From Eledone cirrhosa (lineage: Eukaryota), in assembly GCA_964016885.1 (NCBI GenBank), contig OZ024761.1, forward strand, positions 8,370,001-8,434,000: a DNA stretch of 64,000 bases, given 5' to 3'. Position numbers and translations under genes: made by a program. Below the pieces are notes generated by a model. The model was given only the letters and a program-made list of their open reading frames with translations. It had not been told where the DNA came from and searched no databases. How positions within the stretch are numbered: the stretch's first letter is position 1; each line of letters starts with the position of its first letter. Of this stretch, positions 38,333 through 52,082 are shown one piece after another.

Positions 38333-41230
38333 TAACGTAACCGCCTCTCCTGCACACAGCATTTGATTCCTCTTATGCTCAGTCTCTCTCTCAATTCCTT
38401 TATGCTTTGTCGTTCACGTATATTACTGTTACACATCCATCGGAGCATGCAGGCTTCGTTTCTCTCTAATCTACGTAAGTCTTCCACCTTCAGCGCCCAG
38501 GTCTCACTACCATGCAACATCGCTGTTCGGATACACGCATCATACAGTCTGCCTTTCATTCTGAGGGAGAAGCCTTTTGCAGCTAGCAGTGGTAGTAGTT
38601 CCCTAAACTTCTTCCATCCCGTTCTTACCCTAGTTATTGTACTTTCTGAGCACCCACCTCCGTTGCTAATTCGGTCACCTAGGTAGCAGAAGCTGTCTAC
38701 TGTTTCTACAGGGCCCTCCCAGAGATTGGTGGTACTTGTTTCCTGTGGCTGTTTGCTTGCTGTTTCAGCACAGCTGCTGCATGTGAATCCTACATTCTTA
38801 ATTAAGCTTCCTGAGATCCCGCTACATCTCTTGTGTACCCATTGTTTGCATTTGGCAGAGAATGGAGTTCCTACCTACACCTTTCCTACATACTGAGCAA
38901 GGCCATTTCCCTGAGGGGATCTGGGTTCTGTTTTCTCGTCTACTTATAAGGACCTTAGTCTTTGTCATGTTGACTTTGAGGCCCTTTCTCTCTAGTCCCT
39001 GCTTCCAGGTTTGGAATTTATTCTCTAGTTCTACCATAGATTCAGCTATGAGTGCGAGGTCATCAGCATACAGGAGTTCCCATGGGCATCCGGTCTTAAA
39101 CTCCTCCGTTATTGCCTGCAGGACTATGATGAACAGGAGAGGGCTAAGAACAGAGCCCTGGTGGACCCCAACCTGTACGCTAAATTCCTCATTATACTCA
39201 TTGCCAATCCTAACTTTGCTGACTGTTCCCCTATACATGGCTTGTACCGCTTTCACAAGCCATTCATCTACTCCTAGTTTTCTAAGAGCCCACCAGATTA
39301 CTGCACGTGGAACTCTGTCAAAGGCTTTCTCAAGGTCGACAAATGCCAAGTAGAGTGGCTTACTTTTAGCTAGGTACTTTTCCTGTAATTGCCTCACAAG
39401 GAAGAGGGCATCAGTGGTGCCTTTCCCTGGTACAAACCCAAATTGCATCTCGTCTATATTCACCCGGTCCCTAATCAGCTGTGCTATAACTCTTTCTGTT
39501 ACTTTCATGACCTGGTCCATCAACTTTATACCTCTATAGTTTCCTCTATCTAGTGCATCGCCTTTACCTTTGTAGCAGTTGACAATGATGCTACTGCACC
39601 AATCTTTTGGTATGGCCCCCTCTAGTATTACCTGGTTAACGATACGTGTGGTTATAGTGTGACCTACAGACCCAGATGCCTTCAGCATCTCGGCAGCTAT
39701 ACCCGATGGACCGGTTGCCTTCCCTATCTTCATATCTCTGATTGCCTTACTTACTACGCTGCCGCTGACTTGTACTGCTGGTCCCTCTATAGGGTCTCTT
39801 CTTCCCATGCATTCTCCTCATTTAGTAATCTATCATAATGACTCTTCCATGCATCTTTCTTCTCAGCACTTGTGAGGGCAAGCTCACCTTTATCATTCCG
39901 GATACACTTCTCTCCAATGACATCACAACTATCTCTGACACACTGCCTCGCAATCTTGAATACCTCCTGTTTCTGGTCCTCACGTTGTAAAACATGCTTG
40001 AATTTTCTATCCTCTGCTTCCCTCCTAGCTAAGTATACTTGTCGCCTAGCTTCCCTCTTGGTCTCTATGTAATGTACCCTGCTCCCCCCGTTCTTCCATT
40101 CTTTCCATGCCTGTCTCTTGGCCTTGACTGCTTCATCTACCTTATTGTTCCACCACCAAGTCACTCTCCTCCTGCTTGAGGTCTTACTCCAGCCACAAAC
40201 CTCATCCGTCGCCTCTAGTAAGTTATTTTTTAGGAACTCCCAGTTCTCTTCTACGTTAAATGTCTCTATCTGTTCTTCTTTACTGTCGTAGGCGTTGAGT
40301 AAAATATCTTTAAATCTGTTACTGGTTGAGGGGACTTTCAGCTTCCAGATCTTTCTTCTCCAGGTTGGCCTCTGTTTCAGGGCTCGTCTAGTTCTGACCG
40401 TGAGGTCACTGACAACTAAGCTATGTTGGGATGTACATTCCTCACTAGGGAAGGCTTTTGTGTTTACGACCGTCCATCTGTCACGTCCTCTGATGAGGAT
40501 AAAATCTAACTGACTAGAGTGCTCCCCTGATCTATAGGTGATCAGGTGGTTGTCGGGTTTTTTAAAGTTTGTGTTACATATCGACATGTCATTGGCGTCG
40601 CAGAATTCTAGAAGTCTGAATCCTTCCTCATTCCTTGTGCCAACTCCATGGCCTCCATGTACTCTATTGAAGCCGTCGCAGTGTTTACCTACGTGTCCGT
40701 TAAAATCTCCTGCAATGATTAGGAAGTCCTTGTCGTCTGTTAGAGCAGTAGTGTGTATTAGGGACTCGTAAACCTATCCTTAAGTTCGTCTGGCAGCCCC
40801 GATTGGGGTGCGTAAGCTGATATTATTGTGGTAATTGTCTTATTCAGGACTAGTCTGAGTTTAATGATTCTTGCATTTACCCTGTACACTGAGATTACTT
40901 TATCTACCCACTTGTCAGCTAATAGTATACCTACACCACCCATCCCATCGTCATTTCCCACCCAGAAAAATTTGTAGCACTGGCTTTTTCCTACAAGGAC
41001 TCTAGCAGACCCTCCTCTCCATCTAGTCTCTTGCACACAGCATACATCAACTTCCTTTCGCTCTAGCATTTCTACGATTTCTCCTGCTCTTCCTTTCATT
41101 GAGCCTACATTGATGGTACCAACTCGGAGTTTTGGGCATTTGTCGACACTCGTAGGGGAGCGTCTCTGGGTTGGCGCTTCACGTGGGTGCTTGGTAGCTC
41201 GCAGATTCATATTTCATCTATTGATTCAGA
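38333..41230 (-). mobile_element. Near full-length RTE LINE ORF (APE + RT), frameshifted; 3' end replaced by an opposite-strand SINE
   Basis: RVGTINVGSM..VQETRW..SAYAPQ, IIAGDFNGHVG, SQLDFIL, NYRGIKL, FVDLEKAFD, QGSVLSP, LLYADD; split over several frames. Confidence 0.93.
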
Positions 41231-41452
41231 ATTGCTTGTGTATTCCCAGCTCATCCATCCATAACGGTGGGAAATATGAGGGCTAGAAGAACAGTGGTGG
41301 TGGGGTAATGGCAGGGTGTGTTGGGATGCGCCAGAGGAGGAGAGAGTTAGTTAGGCAGGTAGTAGCAGCAGCAGTGGAAATGGCATGCTAGGTTTGATTG
41401 GTCGAATAGACTATGGTGGTGTGTAGGGGTGGGGGGGGAGGGAAATTGTGAG

Positions 41453-42169
41453 GTAGGAACTGAGGGTCGCATGGTAAATAACTGAGAGAGATACAATAGA
41501 ATTAGAATACCGCATGGTAAATATCCAAGTTAATACTACATCAGTAAAATTAACAATAATAACGTCATGAAAATTACTAAGAAAAACCCTCGAAAATTTA
41601 TCGCTAATACAGCAGGGGACATCATTAATATTAACAACAATATGTAGGCTAAAATACCTTTTGAGATTAGTGTGGATGGATGGATGGCTGGAAAAATTGG
41701 AATCAACTCTAGTGATACATTTTAGTAGAGAAGAATGGGAAAGTGTCTTATCTCTTCAATATTTTCAGATTGAATGAATTAGGTTGAATAGGTTAAAGAC
41801 AGGGTAGTAAACCTTAAAGAGATGCATAGAGAGGGGGGGTAGGAACTGAGGGTCGCATGGTAAATAACTGAGAGAGATACAATAGAATTAGAATACCGCA
41901 TGGTAAATATCCAAGTTAATACTACATCAGTAAAATTAACAATAATAACGTCATGAAAAACTACTAAGAGAAACCCTCGAAAATTTATCGCTAATACAGC
42001 AGGGAAAATTTAACGCTAATACAGCAGGGAACATCATAATATTAACAACAATATGTAGGCTAAAATACCTTCGTAGATTAGATGGATGGCTGGAATAATT
42101 GGAATCAACTCTAGTGATACATTTTAGCAGAGAAGAATGGGAAAGTGTCTTATCTCTTCAATATTTTCA
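41453..42169. repeat. ~386-bp tandem duplication upstream of the RTE ORF
   Basis: GTAGGAACTGAGGGTCGCATGG... block at ~41453-41768 is repeated at ~41839-42169. Confidence 0.85.
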
Positions 42170-42754
42170 ATATAATATATATATGCATGTGTGTGTGTAT
42201 GTATATAAACAAATAGTAGAAAGGAAAAAGATTTTTTCAGTAGAAATTTGTAAATAAATTAATGTTTTGATATTTCACTGAAAAAATAAATCTTTTTCCT
42301 TTCTACTATTTGTTTTTTATACTTTTCTACATATATATATATATATATTTTTTTTTTATTTCCTATAATCTAATCTAATCTTTATATATATATACATAAC
42401 AACATTCGATATATATATATATATATATATGTGTGTGTATAAATAATATATAAGAGAGAATACTTGAGATAGAGTTCACTTGTAGAACACTCCCATATCA
42501 AGTGTGATCTGAAGGTTTCAATTATTTCGGAACTTACCAAAAGTATCTCAGTTTGTAGCACCTACAGATAAGATGTAGGGAAGTGGAGGCCATATGTCTC
42601 CTCTTAACCCTTTAGCATTTAAACCACCCATATCCGGCCAGAATTCCCTCGCCTCTTTCTATTCAAACCGACTGTAACTGGTTGTCCATACTGATGTTAA
42701 GGTATTGTTTAAAAAAAAAACAACATTTTACTTCTTCCTTCCTCTCAGTTTAAC

Positions 42755-44667
42755 ACATCACACCATACAACACCACACCACACCATACAACACCACACCA
42801 CTCTACACCATACCATACAACACCACACCACTCTACACCACACCACACTACACTACAAAACACCACACCACATCTCAATACACTACAATACACCATACAA
42901 CACCACACCACACCACATTACATTACATTTTACCACAGCACACCACACTACACCTCACTACACTACATCACACCACACTATATTACACTACACTACACCA
43001 CAATACATCACATCTCACTACAATACACCACACCACACTACACCACACCACACCACCACACTACACCACACCACACTACGCCACACCACACTACACTACA
43101 CACATGATATCTTACTACACCACACCACACCACACTACATTACACGACATTACACTAGACCACAGCACACCATATCACACCTCACCACACTACACCACAC
43201 CACACTACGCCACACCACACTACACTACACACATGATATCTTACTACACCACACCACACCACATTACATTACACAACATTACACTAGACCACAGCACACC
43301 ATATCACACCTCACCACACTACACCACACCACACTACAGTACACCACACTACATCACACCACACCACACCACACTACATTACATTACACGACATTACACT
43401 AGACCACAGCACACCATATCACACCTCACCACACTACACCACACCACACTACAGTACACCACACTACATCACACCACACCACACCACACTACACTACATT
43501 ACACGACATTACACTACACCACACCACACTACATTACATTACACGACATTACACTAGACCACAGCACACCATATCACACCTCACCACACTACACCACACC
43601 ACACTACAGTACACCACACTACATCACACCACACCACACCACACTACATTACATTACACGACATTACACTAGACCACAGCACACCATATCACACCTCACC
43701 ACACTACACCACACCACACTACAGTACACCACACTACACCACACCACACCACACCACACTACACTACACCACACCACATCACACCACACCACGCTACACT
43801 ACACCACACCACACTACACTACATCACACTACACCACACCATATCACATCTCACTACAACACACCACACCACATTATACCATATTACACTAGACCACAGC
43901 ACACCACACCACACAACAGCACATCTCACTACACCACACCACACTACACCACACCACACAATATTACACCACACCACATTACATTACACCATATTACCCT
44001 AGACCACACCACACCACACCACACAACACCACATCTCACTACACCACACCACACTACACCACACCACACAATATTACACCACACCACATTACATTACACC
44101 ATATTACACTAGACCACACTACACTACACCACACCACACCACACCACATCACATCACACCACACCATATTACACTACACCACACCACACCACATCACATC
44201 ACACCACACCATATTACACTAGACCACACTACACTACACCACACCACACCACATCACATCACACCACACCATATTACACTAGACCACACCACCCTACACC
44301 ACACCACACCACACCACATCACACCACACCATATTACACTAGACCACACCACACCACACCACACCACACCATATCACATCACACCACACCATATTACACT
44401 AGACCACACTACACTACACCACACCACACCACATCACATCACACCACACCATATTACACTAGACCACACCACCCTACACCACACCACATTACACTAGACC
44501 ACACCACACCACACCACACCACATCTCACTACACTACACCACACCACACCACATCACATCACACCACACCATATTACACTAGACCACACCACACCACACT
44601 ACACCACACCACACCACATCTCACTACACTACACCACACCACACCACACCACACCACACATTACATT
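42755..44667. repeat. Pentanucleotide (CACCA/CACTA/CATTA) repeat field
   Basis: Seen directly. The 395-aa His/Thr ORF is an artefact. Confidence 0.93.
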
Positions 44668-45657
44668 AAAAGAAAGTTGATCAAATCAACCCCAGTGTGT
44701 TACTGGTACTTTATTTTATTGACCCATGAAAGATGAAAGGTAAAGCTAACCTCGGTGGGATTTGAACTCACAACATAAAGGGACATAACTCTATGCTACA
44801 AAGCATGTTGTCCAACACTCTACTGACTCTGCTGGCAATCCACTTGACAGAGTAAATCAATAAAACCTATTGAACAACGATGGTACTGTTTGATCCAATA
44901 TGGCGATACCTCAACTGTTCTTTTTGAGAGGTAGATATTCCATTGCCGATCTTGTGCAGCCCCTAGCATATTGAATCAAACAGGTACCCCTAATTCATTC
45001 TTTTATTGTTTCCTCAATCCTGGAAAGCAAACTTGAATTAAAACAATATATTTCTAACTCTTTAGCATTCACATTACATATATACAATAGTATATATAGA
45101 GTAATGTGAATGTTATGTGAGGTAAAGCCTTTACCATGAAAATACAATAGTATTCACATTACTCTATATATACTATTGTATTTTCATGGTAAAGGCTTTA
45201 CCTCACATAACATTCACATTACTCTATATATACTATTGTATTTTCATGGTAAAGGCTTTACCTCACATAATTATCTCATAACATTTACATTACTCCATAT
45301 ATACTATTGTATTTTCATGGTAAAGGCTTTACCTCACATAATTACCTCACATAACATTTACATTACTCTATATATACTATTGTATTTTAATGGTAAAGGC
45401 TTTACCTCACATAATATTGAATCTATGAGGTTTTGAAAGTATTTATTTTGAGTACTGGAGCAATGTGAAATGAAGCGTTTTGCTCAAGAACACAACACAC
45501 AACCCAGTCCAGGAATCGAACCTATGATGTTATGGTCGTAAGACCAACACCCTCACGACTATATTTTGTTATTTATCTATTCTTTTTACTTATTTTTTTT
45601 TCTTTACTTTTTTTTTTTTTTTTTTGTCAACTCTGTCAGAGTGTCCGCTGGTGAAGT

Positions 45658-45819
45658 ATGGCTATTGTTGTTGGCTGTGTCCTTGCAGTTGTGGTGTTGT
45701 ATCTGTTGTATATCCTACCTCCTCTATGGAGAGATATTAAGATGTTACAAGCACGACAAAAAGCTGCTGCAAAATTCCACAGCTTACCAAGACATTGGTT
45801 CTGGGGAAATCTTATTCAG
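45658..45819 (+). CDS. Cytochrome P450 CYP4 clan (CYP4F-like), first coding exon
   Basis: Polypyrimidine tract and AG at 45638-39, ATG at 45658, hydrophobic membrane anchor and LPRHWFWGNL motif, CAG|GTAAAT donor, phase 0. Confidence 0.88.
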
Positions 45820-45824
45820 GTAAA

Positions 45825-46465
45825 TACCATCTTCATCATCATCATATCACCATCATCTTAATCACCATCTTCCTCATTGTCACCATCATCATCATCATCA
45901 CCATCTTCATCTTCATCATCATCACCGTTTACATCATCACCATCATCATCATTATCACCAACCAACCTCACCATCACCACTATCATCATCACTACCAACA
46001 TAATTACCAACACCCTCACCACCACCCCATTACAACACCCTCACCACCACCACCACCCTCACCACCATCCCCACCACCACCATCCCACCACCACCCTCAC
46101 CACCACCACCATCCCACCACCACCAACACCACCACCATCCCACCACCACCAACACCACCACCATCCCACCACCACCACCACCATCCCACCACCCTACCAC
46201 CCTCACCAACACCAACACCACCAACATCCCACCACCACCACCCTCACCACCACCACCACCAACACCACCACCACCAACACCACCACCACCATCCTCACCA
46301 CCATCCCACCACCACCACCGCCACCATCCCACCACCACCAACACCACCACCACCATCCCACCACCAACACCACCAACACCACCACCACCATCCCACCACC
46401 ACCCTCACCACCATCCCACCACCACCACCATCCCACCACCACCATCCCACCACCACCACCACCAC
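45825..46465. repeat. Intronic (CAT/CAC)n microsatellite
   Basis: Seen directly. Confidence 0.9.
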
Positions 46466-46523
46466 TTTACAGTGACAGTGCTATGCTTTTGTTAATAACC
46501 ATCAAATCTTTGTCCACTTCCAG

Positions 46524-46719
46524 GTTAAATCCCGAGATGACCTCATCACAATCCCAATGAAGATGGTAGCCGATAACCATCAAACCTACTGCCTCTGGCT
46601 CACCGCCTTTTTCCCTGATATCAGCATCCTACACCCAGATGCGGCCAAGTCTATCCTTTCTTCGTCAGAACCGAAACCCATGAAAATTATCGGCTACAAC
46701 TTTGTCAAGCCCTGGTTAG
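46524..46719 (+). CDS. CYP4-clan P450 coding exon 2
   Basis: TTCCAG| acceptor, VKSRDD...WLTAFFPDISILHPDAAKSILSSSEPK...YNFVKPWLG, |GT donor. 196 nt, phase 0 to 1. Confidence 0.9.
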
Positions 46720-46762
46720 GTAGGTTTCAACTAAAACATTTATTCTACTTATCTATCGTATG

Positions 46763-47117
46763 GAGGTACATGGCTTCGTGGTTAGAGCATTGGGCTTGCA
46801 ATCGAAAGGTTGTGAGTTCAATTCTCAGACCGGGTGATGTGTTGTTTCCTTGAGCAAGACACTTTATTTCAGATTGCTCCAGTTTACTCAACTGTAGAAA
46901 TGAGATGATAGGGACTGGGGTCCCTATCATTCCACTGCAAAGTGGTTGTGGAGGTGCCACGGCAAAAAAAAAAACCACCCAGCACTCACTGTAAATGAGG
47001 TTAGTGTTAGGAAGGGCATCCAGCTGTAGAAATCAAGCCAGAATCAGTTCCTGTCCCACCCTTGCAAGCAGGGAAAAAGCGGACGTAAAATGAAATGATG
47101 ATGATGATGATGATGAT
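46763..47117 (+). mobile_element. CORE-like tRNA SINE; second copy at ~47260-47567
   Basis: Near-identical to 37994-38332. Confidence 0.85.
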
Positions 47118-47971
47118 TTCAAGGGCGACCAAGCCAATCTTGGTGTGCTTTCATCAGATAAAATACAAAATTTGTTTTATAAATAATGACATACCCATGG
47201 AAATCACACCTTAACAGTCCGGTTTCAACTAAAACATTTATTCTATTTATCTATCGTATGGAGGTACATGGCTTAATGGTTAGAGCATTGGCCTTGCAAT
47301 CGAAAGGTTGCGAGTTCAATTCTCAGACCGGGTGATGTTTTGTGTCCTTGAGCAAGACACTTTATTTCACATTGCTCCAGTTTACTCAACTGTAGAAATG
47401 AGATGATAGGGAAAGTGGACGTGGAGGTGCCACGGAAAAAAAGCACCCAGCACTGACTGTAAATGAGGTTAGTGTTAGGAAGGGCATCCAGCTGTAAAAA
47501 TCAAGCCAGAGTCAGTTCCCGTCCCACCCTTGTAAGCAGGGAAAAGTGGACGTAAAATGATGATGATATCATATCATCATCATCATTACTGTTTAACCCT
47601 CTAGCATTTAAAACAGCCATATCCAACCAGAATTCCCTCACTTCTTTCTGTTCAACCCGGCTGTAACCGTCCGCTCATACTGATGTTAAAGTATTATTCT
47701 CAAAATAATTATCAAAATCTCAATAGATTCAACTAGACCACTCTTGACCCATTGGGTCACATTCACTTTTGAAATAATTAAAATGTTCACAGACAGGTAA
47801 AATGAAATTGGAAGGCCCATACATATATATATATAGAGAGAGAGAGGTAGAACACTGGAAGGTAATATCCGTAGTGGTAGAGCACTCAGTCCATGGGACG
47901 AGTTAGGTAGCAGTGGTTACACAACAGTTAGTTCACCATACCGAGGACAATTGTTTCACCTTATGCGGAGT

Positions 47972-48012
47972 CCGAGCTGAAGATCCGCATAAGGTGAAAC
48001 AATTGTTCTCGG
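47972..48012 (+). ncRNA. Minimal hammerhead ribozyme in a fold-back element; identical copy at 48383-48423
   Basis: CCGAG-CUGAAGA-UCC-gcauaa-GGU-GAAAC-AAUU-GUU/CUCGG. Confidence 0.75.
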
Positions 48013-48535
48013 TATGGTGAACTAACTGTTGTGTTACTACTTCTATATCTATCTATCTATCTATCTATATAGGAAAATGTTTAAACCCGACGGCAGAGCT
48101 CAAGCCGTTTCGACAGCTATTTCTGGACATAATAGCCGTCGAAACAGCTTGAGCTCTGTCCTCGGGGTTAAACATTTTCCTATTACCCGCTCTACTACCC
48201 TAAGTATTGAGTACTCTGGTGCGTTATGGTCCATCTGGTTCCTTACCACACCCTCTTCGTTATATATATATATAGTGGTAGAACACTGGAAGGTAATATC
48301 CGTAGTGGACGAGTTAGGTAGCAGTGGTTACACAACAGTTAGTTCACCATACCGAGGACAATTGTTTCACCTTATGCGGAGTCCGAGCTGAAGATCCGCA
48401 TAAGGTGAAACAATTGTTCTCGGTATGGTGAACTAACTGTTGTGTTACCACTTCTATATATATATATATATATGAGGGACTCATTTTATAACATGTTATC
48501 CTGTGCAACCATGCAGTATTCTTCTCCCCCATATT

Positions 48536-48576
<41 letters not shown>

Positions 48577-49490
48577 AAGATTGAAGAATAACATGGTCAG
48601 CTGTACAACAAGGGGCTTTATTTCAAGTATTAACAATTGTTTCATTGATCAGGTGAGTCTAGAGGCCGCTAATCAGTCGAAGTTGCGTCACTTGACCTCC
48701 AATAAGATAGTTGATAGTAGTTGTTTCTACTTTAGGCACAAGGCCAGCAAATACCCAGTGCATTACTGGTACTTTATTATGTGAGATAATATTTGTTTCT
48801 ACTTTAGGCACAAGGCCAGCAATTACCCAGTGCATTACTGGTACTTTATTATGTGAGATAATATTTGTTTCTACTTTAGGCACAAGGCCAGCAATTACCC
48901 AGTGCATTACTGGTACTTTATTTTATCGACCCCGTAAGGATGAAAGGCAAAGTAAACCTCAGCGGGATTTGAACTCAGATCGTAAAGGGACGTAACTATG
49001 CTGGAAAGCATGGCGTCCGACCCTCTACCGATACTGCCAATCCACCACCCTAGTTGATAGTTGATAATAGTGGTGGTGGTGAGTAAGTGTCTGTATAAGG
49101 ATGTGGGGGTGGAGGTAGTACTAACATGAAAAGCAATATTAGATACATACATAGATATGTGTAGAGAATTGGAGGTAGTAAGAAATGACAGCTAAAAGAA
49201 AAAACAATAAATTAGAAATTAAGTGAGAGATACTAGCATGAGACATAAGGGCTAAGGATGGATGGAGAAGGGGGGTTTTGATATGTGTGTGTGGTAAATA
49301 TTTTGCCTGCTGATTGTTTTATCTTAATGGGGTTGATGTGGTTTCAGGGAGAGAGGGTGAAAGAGAGGTTAGGAGATTTATGATCTAGTGACCAGTCGGT
49401 CAGTTGACAGCTAATAACAGTGTGGTGGTATGTATTCCGTACATTAAAATCCGGGTGGTTCAGTTCGAATTTTGGGATTGATGGGTCGAA

Positions 49491-49892
49491 TCAGGGTGGT
49501 TTGAAATTTGTGAACTTGGTAGCTGCTTTGTGCCTACAGAAAATTGATCTTTCTATTTTGCTGTTAAGCAGCATCTTATCGTACCTTAAAATATGGAATA
49601 GCTCCATATTGCAAAGTCCACAGTGGGACATTCCATTGTTGTAGGCCCTTGCTCCCGATAATTTTGACCAGCTAATCCTATATTCCTGGTTTGTGTCCTT
49701 AAGCTGCCAGATTTTATTGGCGAGCGCTGTAGAGTTCTCCAGTCTACGGTTCTTCATGGAGTGTCTGTGGACGTACCACCTTTTTTTATCCCCAGCTGTG
49801 GAACCTATGTAATGCCATGTAAAGTTGCCTGAATTGATAGTACACAGGTACACCATACCCAGGCATCCATTTTGTAGTGGGCACTTATCCGT
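49491..49892 (-). mobile_element. Naiad-type PLE GIY-YIG endonuclease fragment
   Basis: DKCPL..CL.MVY..HYIGST..KRWYVH..STALA..W.LK..ISW..CGLC..E..LLN..CRH. Confidence 0.85.
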
Positions 49893-49914
49893 GTGTGTAT
49901 GAATAATTTCATTC

Positions 49915-50192
49915 AACAGCAGCACCAGCTCTCTCTCTCTCTTCCATTTTCCTTCTCACTCTCTCTCTCTCTCTCTCTTTCAATCAACTCTCTCACACTA
50001 TTTATGAAGGTACCATGAAAAACCCCATATCTCGGGAACCCGTGCTCCGATTTATGCGAAACTTATTTTATTCCATTTGTATTCCCATTTCAGGGGCAAC
50101 TTCCTTTCAAAGTATTTTCCCACTATGCGCCCTTTTGGCTGTATCAAATAACAGACAAGCACACAATCACAGAGTTTTAGTAGTATATAGAT
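49915..50192. mobile_element. Interspersed repeat (possibly Helentron-associated HINE end), inverted copy at ~51666-51975
   Basis: The two segments are reverse complements (CCCCATAT.TCGGGAACCCGTGCTCCGATTTA). Confidence 0.6.
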
Positions 50193-50668
50193 ATTATATT
50201 GGTGAAGCCGCGTGGCTGAGTGGTTAGGAAACTGGATTCGCAATTGTGAGGTTGTGAGTTCGATTCTTGGACCGGGCGATGTGTTGTGTCCTTGGGCAAG
50301 ACACTTTATTTCACGTTGCTCCTTCTACCTGGAGTTGCGACCGATAGATAGTATGAGCAATTGGAAAGACCAATGGAAACATTGTTTCTTTGGTCCGATT
50401 TGACGAAAGTCGATCGACTGTCGATAGATATTATGTGAGATAATTATGTGAGGTAAGGACTTCATCATGAAAATGCAATGGTAAATATAAATAATGTAAA
50501 TGCTAAAGGTTTAATGTCTATTTTTCCACGCTAGTGTGGGTTATGCGAGCTGTCCCATTGTGAAACAAACCAGGTCGAATGACCAGGTCTTGCTCATATA
50601 GATTTTGTAGTTGTATTTTTTTTTAAAGTTTATCTTTTTGTCTCCTTTGGTTTTTTTTTACATTTTAG

Positions 50669-50796
50669 GAGATGGTTTGATCGTCAGTGGTGGCAAAAAA
50701 TGGGAACGGAACCGCAAATTACTGACCCCTGCCTTCCATTTTGACATCCTGAAGACAAACATCAGCGTCTTTAATTTGGCTGCTGACAAACTTGTT
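50669..50796 (+). CDS. CYP4-clan P450 coding exon 3 (C-helix WxxxR)
   Basis: TTTTAG| acceptor, (G)[28 protein letters not shown], |GTAAGT donor. 128 nt, phase 1 to 0, in frame with exon 2. Confidence 0.93.
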
Positions 50797-50968
50797 GTAA
50801 GTTCTTTTGTTACTGTGTGCATATGTGAGAGTAAAATGTCTCAATGTGTCTGTATGTGTACATGTGTGTATATGTGTGTATATGTGTTTATGTGTGTGTA
50901 TATTTAATGTAAGAAACAAAACGGAGCTGGTTTTCACATTCACATTCCACTCTCTTTTACAGTATATA

Positions 50969-51232
50969 CATCATCATTCATTTCATTTTACGTCCGCTTT
51001 TCCCTGCTTGCAAGGGTGGGACGGGAACTGATTCTGGCTTGATTTCTACAGCTGGATGCCCTTCCTAACACCAACCTCATTTACAGTGAGTGCTGGGTGC
51101 TTTTTTGCCGTGGCACCTCCACGACCACTTTGCAGTGGAATGATAGGGACTGGGGTCCCTATTATCTCATTTCTACAGCTGAGTAAACTGGAGCAATCTG
51201 AAATAAAGTGTCTTGCTCAAGGAAACAACACG
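50969..51232 (-). mobile_element. CORE-like SINE, head truncated
   Basis: Reverse complement of 46830-47100. Confidence 0.85.
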
Positions 51233-51611
51233 TCATACATATATATATTTTTTCTTTAGGTCGTTTTGGAAGCCTCAACAATGCAGATGGGTAATTCTCC
51301 GGGTAACAAGATCCGGTGGTGGAGAGAGAGATGTAAGTGAATGTAGAATGTAGAATGTGTGTAGAAGAATGTAGGAAAGAGCGTAAAAAATAAAAATAAT
51401 AACACGAGATAGAGTTACCTTGGGAGAGATTTAATTGTCCCTATATTTCAGATTCACATCCATCAACTGGGGGTTTTTTTCGGGGGGGGGGGGCAGATAA
51501 TACAATGGATTGACAGCTAACGCCACCCCACTCCCACAATTAAAAGAACTATTTCGGCCGCCGACCTCTGCTTGACCGACTCCATTTCGCTTCAAGCAAA
51601 CTTCAATACTC

Positions 51612-51671
<60 letters not shown>

Positions 51672-52082
51672 GTGATTGCTTGCTTGTTTATCTGTAATGT
51701 AATACAGCCAAAAGACCAGAAATGGGAAAATACTTTGAAAGGAAGTTGACCCTGAAATGGGAATACAAATGGAATAAAACAAGTTTGGCGTAAATCGGAG
51801 CACGGGTTCCCGACATATGGGGTTTTCTGGGTACCTTCATAAATAGAAAGAGAGAAGAATAGAGAGAAAGAGATAGTGGTTGTGAGAGAATAGATTGAGA
51901 GAGAAACATAGAGAGGAAGAGAGAAGGAAAATGGAAGTGAGAGAGAGAGCTGGTGGTGTTGTTGAAGGAAATTACAACCAGTGACTTCAAAGAAACGAAT
52001 GCAGCATTACTGTATCTTGCTAAATAGAAAGGGTTTCTCTGTGTGTGTGTCTATATGTGTGTGTGTGTGCGAATATATAGAT

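Noticed and set aside
42705-43892. 395-aa His/Thr/Tyr-rich ORF
   Set aside because: Pentanucleotide repeat translation.
48630-48700. Minus-strand CTGATCAATGAAACAATTGTT, HHR-like
   Set aside because: No intact CUGANGA core, stem II or stem I.
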